This document shows positions 49,082-58,495 of a stretch of DNA of 64,000 bases, piece after piece (the stretch's first letter is position 1; every line of letters begins with the position of its first letter). The stretch covers positions 73,060 through 137,059 of the forward strand of contig JAYWHT010000044.1 in the NCBI GenBank assembly GCA_043777595.1. Direction: 5' to 3'. This stretch comes from Spirosomataceae bacterium (GTDB taxonomy: Bacteria; Bacteroidota; Bacteroidia; Cytophagales; Spirosomataceae). Position numbers and translations under genes: made by a program. The notes beneath the pieces are model-generated. The model had not been told where the DNA came from and searched no databases. It saw nothing but the letters and a program-made list of their open reading frames with translations.

Positions 49082-49784
49082 TTGCTCGGCTCGAGTATAA
49101 TCTGATTGGTAATAAATCATTTCTTTACTACTTTTTCCAGCAACCCCTTTTAGCTGCAATAAGTGTTCAAAAGGTAGATAATCGCCATTTTGCCCTTCAC
49201 AAAAAACAACTTCTCCTTTGCGTTTAGTAGCCCATGCTGCTAAAAAATCATAATCAATAAGCTTACTTGAATGTTTGTATCCCAAGCCAGCTTCTCCTTT
49301 ATAAGGAAGGTCAATAAACCATGTAGCCTCAATATCAGGGGCCTGCGTGTAATCTGCACAAATAATTTGCCATTGCTTGACTTTGTATAGGTTTTCAGCA
49401 AAAACTCTTCTACTTATCTCCCAATTCCGTTCCAAAATGGGAGTAACCTTAATAGTTTTAAAATGAAATACCATTTTAGTAGCGGCATGAACGATATGCA
49501 AAAACTCCGAACTTTTTTCGCCTACTTTCAAGTCGGGCAATGTCATCATTTCTTTTTTTGTTGCATGATTTATGAGCCAGTCCCATATTGAAACTACTTT
49601 TTTCATCTTTTTCAATCAATATTACCTGCTTTTTCCAATTATTACCAAAAAGAGCATACGAGGCCGCTCCTGCAAAAGGCTCAATGATAGTGTCGAAATT
49701 GGGGCAATGATAGTGCCTTGCAATTTGCTTTTTTCGTCCGTAATAATAAAATATAGTGCAAATATAGTAAAAAATAGAATACAA
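49049..49784 (-). pseudogene. Dam-like (D12-class) N6-adenine DNA methyltransferase with a -1/+1 frameshift
   Basis: The N-terminal frame reads 'YYGRKKQIA...TIIEPFAGAASYAL...ILIEKDEK'. The second frame reads 'VVSIWDWLI...IICADY...WFIDLPYKGE' (motif IV-like). The shift is in the A6/T6 run at 49598-49603. Confidence 0.65.
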
Positions 49785-49824
49785 TAGTATTCAAAATATC
49801 TTTACTCTGATAAAATTATGGTAG

Positions 49825-49910
49825 CAACTCAAAACTGTTGTGCACGCATACTATTTTTTAACAAAAAAAATGGGCTTCTTGTTATGTTGCAAGTAATGTT
49901 AAGATTTAAA
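49825..49910 (+). repeat. Right copy of the 86-bp direct repeat
   Basis: See 47969..48054. It lies 30 nt downstream of the GNAT stop codon. Confidence 0.9.
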
Positions 49911-49940
49911 ATCAAAAAATTATTAAAAAATCAAGAAACC

Positions 49941-50438
49941 CTACAACCTCAACCGCATAAAATTATCAACAACCTTATATCCCAGCGATTCGTAGAGTGG
50001 GCGGCCTTCGATTGAGGCGTTGAGCGTGATGGTTTTGACATTGGCATTTTGACAAAAAGTCTTGATAGTTTCCATAATAAACCTTGCCAGGCCTTGTTTA
50101 CGGTGGGTTGGCTCTACAAAAACATTGAACACATGTGCGGCATAACCCACAGGCTGTGTAAAACCATTTTGACTAAACATTGGCGGACTTAATTTAATCG
50201 AAAGGCCGCCCCCCGCTACGATAGTTTGTGGCTCATCTTTGGGGGAAACCAACCAACCTATGTATTCGCCAATAGAAACCGCTTCTCGAAAGTAAATCAA
50301 ACTCTCTTGGGTCATTGATTCTGCCGACTCTGGGGCGAGTACTTTCATAGCCAACCACATTTCGGTACGTTGGTGTGCCAATATTTCGGCATCGGCTACG
50401 GTTGCACGTCTGATTTGATAATTGTCATAGATTATCAT
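49941..50438 (-). CDS. GNAT family N-acetyltransferase
   Basis: The acetyl-CoA motif 'VFVEPTHRKQGLARFIM'. Confidence 0.88.
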   Translation of the reverse strand: MIIYDNYQIRRATVADAEILAHQRTEMWLAMKVLAPESAESMTQESLIYFREAVSIGEYIGWLVSPKDEPQTIVAGGGLSIKLSPPMFSQNGFTQPVGYAAHVFNVFVEPTHRKQGLARFIMETIKTFCQNANVKTITLNASIEGRPLYESLGYKVVDNFMRLRL

Positions 50439-52054
50439 TGGTCGTGCGAGTACTTTAATTGGTCAGAGACTATAATGCCATTGGCTTTGATGATGGTTTT
50501 GAGTTTTTTGATGTCTATGCTTTGTACTGATTTGTTGGAATCAATAGCCAATATAGCGGCCAATGTAGATGCTTGCGCCAAACCCATAAACACAGGCTCC
50601 ATTCTGATAGACCCGTAAGCAATGTGGCTCGCTGACAGACAGACTGGCACTATGAGATTTTGGCAGTCTGTGCGTTTGGGTATCAGAGCTCTGTAACTGA
50701 CAGGATAAGGCGGGAAGCCCCCCACTTGCACATCACCATCGTTTTTGACCATCATCTTTCCCGTTTTTGGATTTCTGACCATTACCCTACGGCAATTATG
50801 TGAGTCCATGGTGTAAGCCGCCATACCTACGCCGTCGTTTACGGTTGTTTTGCCTTCGCAGTTGGCCTGTGTCATTACATATTCGCCTACCATTCGCCGG
50901 GCTTCACGTACATATATTTGTGGGCTAAAATGATTATTATCAACATATTCATCTTTCGGGTAGCCCCATTCTAACATTTGCTGGCGCAGGTGTAGGGGCA
51001 TTCGAGGGTCGTGGCCTACAAAGTACAAAAAGCCTTTGGTATAGTCTTCGTGCGCTTTTATTATTTGTTGGCGGGTTTTATAATTGGCTTCGGGGTAGTC
51101 GTAGTTCATACCAATCATATCGGTCGAGAGCGCCCCTTTATTGTTGATGTCAGTTTTAGAATTGGGCATATCGGCAATATGCAGTACTCCCCAGTTAATG
51201 TGTTCGGGTTTTTCGACAGCTACTTGGCGGAGTAGCAATTCATATTTAGTAGAGTCATAATTGGCTGGGCGACCTATTGCTATTTGGTTTTTGGGGTCTT
51301 TGGTCAAACATATTCTAAAATTATAGGCTTGTACCGATTTATCGCCACTACCAATGGCTGCCAATGGCTCTTTGCTAATTCCCCACAAAAAACCACTGGT
51401 CGAGTCACCCTCAATTTTATAAGGGTCAATATTGTCTGGAAACTGGTGCTTTGTCATCACCTGCACGCCGTTGTAAGTTTCGTTGTATTGGCTGTTTGCT
51501 TCACGGCCAACGGTATAGGCTACTCCCGCTTTGGCCATCAGGTCGCCTTCGTAGCTACAATCAATAAACATTTTGGCCAAAATACGTTTTGAGGTATTTT
51601 TCTGAACATGATTGATCGTAATTGCCTGAATCCGACCTTTATTTTTTTTTACATTTACTATTTCATAATCAAACAAAACAGGAATATTTTTGGACTTGAT
51701 ATACACATTTTTGAATAAACTATCGGCCACGTGCGGCTCAAAAGTCCATTGTTCTGGCTTGCCGTAATGTTTGCCTACATTCTGATAAAACCCCTTGGAT
51801 AGTCCCGTTATTGCAAACTTATTGCCAATATCAGTTTGGCCCAGACCGCCTGAGCTCAGGCCGCCGAGGTGACGATTAGGTTCGATGATAATGACAGATT
51901 TTCCTGCTATTTTGGCTGTGTAAGCCGCAATGACTCCAGCCGATGTACCCCCATATATACAAATGTCGTATTGTTGGGCGGTTGCTGTGAAGGTCCCGAA
52001 CAGAAAAATGCTAAACTGCAAAACCGCAAAATGTAAAAGTTTATTTTTTTTCAT
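50435..52054 (-). CDS. FAD-dependent oxidoreductase (secreted)
   Basis: Signal peptide and the dinucleotide-binding motif 'YDICIYGGTSAGVIAAYTA...IIEPNRHLGG'. Confidence 0.8.
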   Translation of the reverse strand: MKKNKLLHFAVLQFSIFLFGTFTATAQQYDICIYGGTSAGVIAAYTAKIAGKSVIIIEPNRHLGGLSSGGLGQTDIGNKFAITGLSKGFYQNVGKHYGKPEQWTFEPHVADSLFKNVYIKSKNIPVLFDYEIVNVKKNKGRIQAITINHVQKNTSKRILAKMFIDCSYEGDLMAKAGVAYTVGREANSQYNETYNGVQVMTKHQFPDNIDPYKIEGDSTSGFLWGISKEPLAAIGSGDKSVQAYNFRICLTKDPKNQIAIGRPANYDSTKYELLLRQVAVEKPEHINWGVLHIADMPNSKTDINNKGALSTDMIGMNYDYPEANYKTRQQIIKAHEDYTKGFLYFVGHDPRMPLHLRQQMLEWGYPKDEYVDNNHFSPQIYVREARRMVGEYVMTQANCEGKTTVNDGVGMAAYTMDSHNCRRVMVRNPKTGKMMVKNDGDVQVGGFPPYPVSYRALIPKRTDCQNLIVPVCLSASHIAYGSIRMEPVFMGLAQASTLAAILAIDSNKSVQSIDIKKLKTIIKANGIIVSDQLKYSHDQ

Positions 52055-52069
52055 GCGAGATAATACTTT

Positions 52070-53176
52070 TTAATTTTGCCTAAAACTTTTACTAATCCAA
52101 CCTCCACCAATTACGTCGTTGCCTTCATAAAACACCGCCGCTTGGCCTGGGGCAATGGCACTTACGCCCTCATGGAAGTGTACGAGCATTTTGTCTGGCT
52201 CGATGAGTTCGATGGTTGCCGCTGTGCCGTCGGTTTTGTAGCGTACTTTGGTGGTGGTTTCTATTGGTTTGTCAAGTGTTTCGTATTTTTGTAAGTTTAA
52301 TTTTGTTACATACATTCCGTCTCTAATCAAGTCAGTATCAATACCCAGCACCACTTCGTTGGTATCTTTTCTGATTTCGGTAACAAATACAGGGTGGCCA
52401 AAAGCCAACCCCAAACCTCTACGCTGACCAATAGTATAAAACGGATAGCCCTCGTGTGTGCCTACAACTCTGCCGTCTTGCATCACAAATTTGCCGCCCG
52501 CTACTTGTTTTTCGAGTTCAGGCAGTCGGTGCTTCAGAAAGCCTCGGTAGTCGTTGTCTGGTACAAAGCATATTTCATAGCTCTCCGACTTATTGACCAA
52601 GTCCATGAAGCCACGCTCACGAGCCATGTCTCTGATTTCTGTTTTATGCAAATTGCCCAAAGGCAACTTTGTCCGCCTCAAACTTTCTTGCGACACTCCC
52701 CACAGCACATAGCTTTGGTCTTTCCAAGAGTCGATGCCCCGAGACACTACATATCGGCCAGCTTCTTGACGAACGTTGGCGTAGTGGCCTGTGGCGATAG
52801 ACTCGCAGTCGAGGTTGTCGGCTCGGCGTAGGAGTGCGTCCCATTTGATGTGCGTATTGCACAACACACAAGGGTTTGGTGTACGGCCTTCGAGGTATTC
52901 GCCCGTGAAATGGTCAATGACAGAATCGCCAAATTCAGCCCGAATATCTAATATATAATGTGGAAACCCCAACTCAACGGCTATTGTGCGTGCATCGTTG
53001 ATGGAGTCTAATGAGCAGCACCCTGTTTCTTTTTTTGAACCACCGCTGCTGGCATAGTCCCAGGTTTTCATGGTCATACCAATCACTTCATAGCCTTCGT
53101 CGTGCAGAATTACTGCCGCCAGCGAGCTATCTATACCGCCACTCATGGCTACCAATATACGTCCGTGTTTGCTCAT
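52070..53176 (-). CDS. mnmA: tRNA 2-thiouridine(34) synthase
   Basis: PP-loop 'ILVAMSGGIDSS' and 'GRTPNPCVLCN'. The start is moved to ATG 53176. Confidence 0.96.
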   Translation of the reverse strand: MSKHGRILVAMSGGIDSSLAAVILHDEGYEVIGMTMKTWDYASSGGSKKETGCCSLDSINDARTIAVELGFPHYILDIRAEFGDSVIDHFTGEYLEGRTPNPCVLCNTHIKWDALLRRADNLDCESIATGHYANVRQEAGRYVVSRGIDSWKDQSYVLWGVSQESLRRTKLPLGNLHKTEIRDMARERGFMDLVNKSESYEICFVPDNDYRGFLKHRLPELEKQVAGGKFVMQDGRVVGTHEGYPFYTIGQRRGLGLAFGHPVFVTEIRKDTNEVVLGIDTDLIRDGMYVTKLNLQKYETLDKPIETTTKVRYKTDGTAATIELIEPDKMLVHFHEGVSAIAPGQAAVFYEGNDVIGGGWISKSFRQN

Positions 53177-53512
53177 AAACAAATGAAGGAAATGAAAAAA
53201 ATGAAGTGAATGAAGGTAATTATATTTACCAATAGCAAATGTTCTAACTAATTGTGTCTTTACTCATACCCACAACTAAAACTTAACGACCGCTATTTTA
53301 ATTTAGTTCCTACATTTATTTTGGTGTCCGTGCAACCTTTTGGTTTGTTTGTGCATCATTAACACAGAAAGTACAAAAGACACAATCCGACCGCTTATCC
53401 TTTTCGATTGCCTTTTGTGTACTTTGTATTGCATAGTACCAAACATTGCCCGTATCTTTGTCTCAATAAAATTAACAGCCAACTCAATTTAATAATTCTT
53501 AAAAAAACAGCC

Positions 53513-53893
53513 ATGAAAACACAATTAAAAACCATCGCCTGCGCTATTGCGCTTTCAGTGTCGTCAGTTGCTTTTGCCACAGGAAAAAGCAACAAACAAG
53601 TACCAAAATTTGAAGCCAGTGCCTACATTGCCAAAGATGCATGTCTGCACATAAACGTTGCCAAAGCATCAGAGGGTTGGGTAACGGTATCGCTCAAAGA
53701 TACCAAAAATAATGAGATTTATTCTGAAAACATTGCCAAAAACGACTTGCAATATGCGCTCAAAATGAATGTAAGCAACCTCTCAGACGGCGTTTATACA
53801 CTCGAAATCGCATCGGCTAACCAAACCATTACCAAGCGAATCAGCTTGGCCTCGGAGCGTGTCGAAGTGGCTCGTAAGGTTAGTGTGCAGTAA
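53513..53893 (+). CDS. Hypothetical secreted protein
   Basis: Signal peptide 'MKTQLKTIACAIALSVSSVAFA' (start moved from 53408), with a beta-rich C-terminal part. Confidence 0.55.
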   Translation: MKTQLKTIACAIALSVSSVAFATGKSNKQVPKFEASAYIAKDACLHINVAKASEGWVTVSLKDTKNNEIYSENIAKNDLQYALKMNVSNLSDGVYTLEIASANQTITKRISLASERVEVARKVSVQ

Positions 53894-53921
53894 AATTATT
53901 TACAAAAATATAATTCTTAGC

Positions 53922-53960
53922 AAAAGGCGAGCCGTTGGTTCGCCTTTTGTTGTATTTTTG
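53922..53960 (+). terminator. Rho-independent terminator
   Basis: 'AAAAGGCGA-GCCGTTGGT-TCGCCTTTT' followed by 'GTTGTATTTTT'. Confidence 0.7.
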
Positions 53961-53980
53961 TAGCGAGGTGAAATTTATCC

Positions 53981-54751
53981 ATGAAATACCTACATAAAAT
54001 ACCAGCAAAATATATACTTACCGTGTTAATATTATTTGTTTTGCATAAATCAGATGCCCAACAAGTATCAGGACTACTCAAATATAGCCAAATAACAGCT
54101 TTTGAAGATACTGCTCGTCGAAGTCTTATACCTGTTGATATGCTATTTAATAACTACGAGTCAATGACTGTACCAGATGTTATCAGAAAAATGAATAGCC
54201 AAGATTCAGGTAGATTAGTGACTACTGTTACAAACCAAAACAGACGCTTTGCAGTATATAAGAATTTTATAACAAAGCAAATGTATTCAAGAGAAAGAGC
54301 TGATACTGAGTTGGTAATTGTCAAAGATTCGTTAGAGAAGATAGATTGGAAAGTTAAAAATGAATTTAGAAAAGTAGGGACTATTCAATGCCAGAAAGCA
54401 GAAGCCATGGTAAGAGGGCGTTTTTATACGGCTTGGTTTGCACCAGAAATACCGCTCAATTTTGGCCCTTGGAAGTTACAAGGATTGCCTGGTCTAATTT
54501 TGGCCGCCAAATCTACAGATAACCAAGTAGAGTTTAGGTTTGAGTCCTTACAAATGCCCGTACCAGCCAATCATAATTTACCTCCTATCAAGCCCTTTGA
54601 CAACGTCAAGATAGTAACCCAGCAAGAGTTTTATAAATTAGCCAAAAGCAATGAAATCAAGTTTACAAAAATGGTAGAATCACAACCTGGCAATGAACAC
54701 GGGCCTGTTGTTTTTACCACAAAATGGATTGAAATATATCCCAAAAATTAA
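53981..54751 (+). CDS. GLPGLI family protein
   Basis: The eponymous motif in 'WKLQGLPGLILAA', plus a signal peptide. Confidence 0.85.
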   Translation: MKYLHKIPAKYILTVLILFVLHKSDAQQVSGLLKYSQITAFEDTARRSLIPVDMLFNNYESMTVPDVIRKMNSQDSGRLVTTVTNQNRRFAVYKNFITKQMYSRERADTELVIVKDSLEKIDWKVKNEFRKVGTIQCQKAEAMVRGRFYTAWFAPEIPLNFGPWKLQGLPGLILAAKSTDNQVEFRFESLQMPVPANHNLPPIKPFDNVKIVTQQEFYKLAKSNEIKFTKMVESQPGNEHGPVVFTTKWIEIYPKN

Positions 54752-57442
54752 ATGCGTTATTTGTGCTTTTTGTTATTTCTCTTGGCTTTTTGGCAAGTAA
54801 AAGCACAAGTCCGCATCGGAGGGGTAGTTCAGACTGCCGAAAATAAACCGCTTGTGTCTGTCAATATTCTGGCCTATCAGATAGAGGGCAACGATACAAC
54901 ACTCACCAAATACGCCATTACCGACACACAAGGGCAATTTAGACTTAATCTTCCCAAAAACCAGTATCATCTCATCAAAGCCAAAGCCTTGGGCTATGCC
55001 GATGGCTTGTTGTTGGTTTTGCCCAAAGACTCCGTGGTTTTTTATACGTTTACGCTCTTACCCAAAGCCATAGAACTGCGTGAGGTGGTAGTAAAAAGCC
55101 CTCCCGTAAAAGCCAACAATGACACTACGACTTTTAAGGCCAAAGCCTTTATGGACGGCTCAGAGCGCAGTGTCGAAGACCTGCTTCGCAAACTGCCAGG
55201 CGTGCGAGTAGCCGAAAATGGCAAAATCACTGTTCATGGCAAGGCCGTTGAAAAGGTGATGATTGAGGGTGAAGACTTGTTTAGCAAAAACTACCAGATT
55301 ATTACACGCTCGTTGGCTGCTGGAACCTTAGACAAAGTAGAGGCCATAGACAACTATTCAGAAAACCCATTGCTCAAAGGCATCGAAAAAAGCAACAAAA
55401 TAGTGCTGAACTTGACTGTACGGCCAGACCTCAAAGTACGGCCTTTTGGCAGTGTAGGGGGCGATATTGGCTATAAAAACAAGTACAACCTCAACACCAC
55501 GGCATTGACCTTGTTGGGTAAACTCAAAGGCGGTATAGTGGGCAACCTCAACAACATAGGCTACGACCCCATCGCTGCCAGCGAGTACGAACTCAGCGCA
55601 GACGACGACATACAGGGTTTTAGCACCATACAAAGCAACTTATTGGCCGCTATTCCGCTCGCCATGGTGGGCGTACCAGACCTTGAGGCACGTCGTGTAA
55701 TGCTCAACAATGCCAAGCTGATAGGAGCAACGGCCACTTATAAGCTGAGTAAAAAACTCAAAATAAAAGGATTTAGCTATTTTTATAACGACCGTCTGCA
55801 ATTAGAATCGGGCAGTCAAACGCAGTACTTTTTTGATGGCAAGACGGTACAGTTTCGAGATTCGTCTATGCAAAACCGAAGCCCCAAACTCTGGACAAAC
55901 CAACTGAAAGCGGAGTATAACATTGATGCCAAAACCAATTTGAAATATACGTTTACGCATAGAGGTTCAGAAATAGGCAACAACGTTTTTTTTGATACGC
56001 AAAATTTACAACTTTCTGAAAATATACCCATCAATGGCCAAGATGCCATCGAAGTAGCCAATCATCGCCTCAACGCTGTGCGGCGCATCAATGACCAGAA
56101 TGCACTCATTGTCGATGTGAGCTACCTGTCGTCGTCGCTTTCAAGGCTCACCAGTACGCAAAGCCAACGTTACTCATCGTATTTCAAACTCAATAAAACG
56201 TTTCGGACAGCATGGCAAAGCATAGACCAAAACCAACAAGAGTTCAAAACAGCCTTGCGCTGGAAAAACGTAAACAAATGGGGAAACTTGTCGGTGGGCA
56301 TGGGTTATTTGCACAAAACAGACCATACAGACTCTGATTTTAGTGTCAGAACCGACAATAACCAAATTTATAGACCCACAACCGAATTTAAAAATAACTT
56401 TGATTACCAAAACGACATCGTGCTTGTAGATGCACAGCAAACGTTTGAGCGTGGGATTTTTAGATGGAATGTGGGTGGCACGGCACAATGGACAAATGCA
56501 GTCTTGAAAAACGCAATTCAAAAAAATGCAGATTTTAATATTTCTAAATTCATAGTACAACCTTCTCTCAGTCTTTCGGCCATATTGGGCAACCACCAAC
56601 GGCTAACGGCACTCTATTTCAACCAGCAACTACTACCCTCAACTGACCAATTTACGACCAACAACATACAATCGGGCTATCGTGATTTTCAGAAGAATGC
56701 AGGTGTTTTTTATGTTTCTAAAAACAATAATTGGCTATTGTCTTATAACAATACTGACTGGACAAGGCTCTACGCTATAAACGTTGGCGTTTCTTACAAT
56801 CGCAGTCATTTTTATAATTCTTACGAATTTGGATTTTCTGATTTACTGAATTTTAGTACAAATCGGCCTATTGAAACTACTCTCAATCAGGTTTCAGCAA
56901 ATTGGCAACTCGATAGGCTCATTTTGCCACTTTCTACCAAAATACGATTGGAGGGTAATATTGGGCAGTCTGAAATATTGAATCGGGTAAATGGTAGTAA
57001 TCTTTTGCCCAACAATGCCCAGCATTTGGACAACAAACTTTATTTTATTTCGGCCTTCGATGGATTTTTCAATTTTCAGGCTAGCTTGCGTTATAGTCTC
57101 AGTAGAGTTGTGCAACGAGGCCTGGCTGAAAGTAACTCTCAAACGACGCTTTTCGTACCGAATTTTACTCTTAGGTTGAGACCAGTAACTGGTTTTTCTA
57201 TAAAAATAAGTGCCGAACAGTTGAACTGGTACAATGCCAATAGCCATGATTTTACGAATCTGTTGGACATTGACTTGCTTTATCATACTACCGATTCGCC
57301 TTTTACTTTTTCGATGATGGGCAATAATTTATTGGACACAAAATATATTTTCTTTACCAATCTTAGTAATTACTCCAACTCCCAAAACAAATACGCACTC
57401 CAACCACGTTGGCTCACGGCCAGTATCTCAATGAGTTTTTAA
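54752..57442 (+). CDS. TonB-dependent receptor-like outer-membrane protein (CarboxypepD_reg + plug + barrel)
   Basis: N-terminal 'IGGVVQTAENKPLVSVNILAY' (carboxypeptidase-regulatory-like), the plug 'LLRKLPGVRVAENGKITVHGKAV', and a terminal 'SISMSF'. It starts immediately after the GLPGLI gene. Confidence 0.8.
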   Translation: MRYLCFLLFLLAFWQVKAQVRIGGVVQTAENKPLVSVNILAYQIEGNDTTLTKYAITDTQGQFRLNLPKNQYHLIKAKALGYADGLLLVLPKDSVVFYTFTLLPKAIELREVVVKSPPVKANNDTTTFKAKAFMDGSERSVEDLLRKLPGVRVAENGKITVHGKAVEKVMIEGEDLFSKNYQIITRSLAAGTLDKVEAIDNYSENPLLKGIEKSNKIVLNLTVRPDLKVRPFGSVGGDIGYKNKYNLNTTALTLLGKLKGGIVGNLNNIGYDPIAASEYELSADDDIQGFSTIQSNLLAAIPLAMVGVPDLEARRVMLNNAKLIGATATYKLSKKLKIKGFSYFYNDRLQLESGSQTQYFFDGKTVQFRDSSMQNRSPKLWTNQLKAEYNIDAKTNLKYTFTHRGSEIGNNVFFDTQNLQLSENIPINGQDAIEVANHRLNAVRRINDQNALIVDVSYLSSSLSRLTSTQSQRYSSYFKLNKTFRTAWQSIDQNQQEFKTALRWKNVNKWGNLSVGMGYLHKTDHTDSDFSVRTDNNQIYRPTTEFKNNFDYQNDIVLVDAQQTFERGIFRWNVGGTAQWTNAVLKNAIQKNADFNISKFIVQPSLSLSAILGNHQRLTALYFNQQLLPSTDQFTTNNIQSGYRDFQKNAGVFYVSKNNNWLLSYNNTDWTRLYAINVGVSYNRSHFYNSYEFGFSDLLNFSTNRPIETTLNQVSANWQLDRLILPLSTKIRLEGNIGQSEILNRVNGSNLLPNNAQHLDNKLYFISAFDGFFNFQASLRYSLSRVVQRGLAESNSQTTLFVPNFTLRLRPVTGFSIKISAEQLNWYNANSHDFTNLLDIDLLYHTTDSPFTFSMMGNNLLDTKYIFFTNLSNYSNSQNKYALQPRWLTASISMSF

Positions 57443-57575
57443 GGGGAATAGCTTTTGCTTTTTTGGTGCTTTTGTTAGAATAACTAAACAGGCTCTTTGA
57501 CAATTTTGTCGGATATTATATTTAAAGAACTTTTTACACCAAACCATAAATATCCAATTTCGTTTATAGTATAAT

Positions 57576-58235
57576 TTAGTGAGTGCCGTGAAGTAAATGT
57601 CTCCCCAGTATCAATTCTTTGAGCTTGCGAAGTATATATATGATTTGAAATAAATCCTGCTCTTGGGCTGCGTCAAAGGCATTACTCACACAATATTCTT
57701 TGCCATTGAGTACGGTAAAATACCAAATTCTGCCTTGAACCCAACAGCCGTAAAGCGGTTTGCCATCTTGATTTTTTTCTTGTGCGAGTATCATGGCCGA
57801 CAGCATTTGTCCTTCTGGGTCATGTGAGTCGCCTTTGCTTCTTTTGTATTCTTGAAGAAAAAAGTACGGATTGGCAGGTCGTCCCGAATATTTGGGACTT
57901 GCTACCATACAATCTACAATCACTGATATTTTATACTCATTGACCAAACCACTCAAAGGCCGTTCAAAAAAAGTTTTAAATTTTTTATCAACATTCAGAT
58001 TTGCTATTCTAAATATAGGACTAATAAAAAACATTTTAAGTTCTTCTTCGTTCCAATTTCGTTCATCTTTACGTAGTTCAACGGGCAGTTCTTTGACAAG
58101 AGACTGCTCTGACGGAGATAAGTCAAATGGTGTAGTATTTACCCATTCATCTAATATGATACAGTTGTCAACCGTTTCAATTTCAAAAGTGTCCATTACC
58201 TCCTCAACATCATAGTGGTTTAATTTTTTTTCCAT
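57576..58235 (-). CDS. Solitary PD-(D/E)XK-like protein (HsdR-N-terminal-domain-like), paralogue 2
   Basis: 'IVDCMVA' followed by 'PYFFLQEYKR'. It shares the blocks FISP, FxER, DPxGQ, GRxWYF and GKEY with 23580..24227. The start is moved to ATG 58235. Confidence 0.55.
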   Translation of the reverse strand: MEKKLNHYDVEEVMDTFEIETVDNCIILDEWVNTTPFDLSPSEQSLVKELPVELRKDERNWNEEELKMFFISPIFRIANLNVDKKFKTFFERPLSGLVNEYKISVIVDCMVASPKYSGRPANPYFFLQEYKRSKGDSHDPEGQMLSAMILAQEKNQDGKPLYGCWVQGRIWYFTVLNGKEYCVSNAFDAAQEQDLFQIIYILRKLKELILGRHLLHGTH

Positions 58236-58249
58236 AATATTGTTTTTTA

Positions 58250-58257
58250 CAAAGATA
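58250..58257 (-). promoter_or_regulatory. Candidate Bacteroidota -7 box (TAnnTTTG)
   Basis: The minus strand reads 'TATCTTTG' followed by 'TAAAAAACAATATT' and then ATG 58235. Confidence 0.35.
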
Positions 58258-58351
58258 AACAAATCAACACCGCCAATGCAACAAACTGCCCCAAACATTG
58301 CGCTAACGAGTGGCTTTATGAATGTGTATGGGGCGTAGAGTTATAAATTAC

Positions 58352-58477
58352 TTACCTAAAAAAAACATTATAAACCACAACGGCCACCACCAGCACGACT
58401 ACCATAAACAAATAATAGAAAGCATCTATGAATGGGTACGTCTGGCGGTCGAATTTTTTGAGAAGTTTTTTGAACAT
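58352..58477 (-). CDS. Possible 41-aa single-TM peptide downstream of queE (below the track cutoff)
   Basis: 'MFKKLLKKFDRQTYPFIDAFYYLFMVVVLVVAVVVYNVFFR'. It starts 18 nt after the queE stop. Confidence 0.3.
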   Translation of the reverse strand: MFKKLLKKFDRQTYPFIDAFYYLFMVVVLVVAVVVYNVFFR

Positions 58478-58495
58478 TTGCTTAGGTACAAGCGG

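Noticed and set aside
49818-50015. A 65-aa plus-strand ORF starting in the right 86-bp repeat.
   Set aside because: It runs through the repeat and then antisense into the GNAT gene. The left repeat copy does not preserve the frame.
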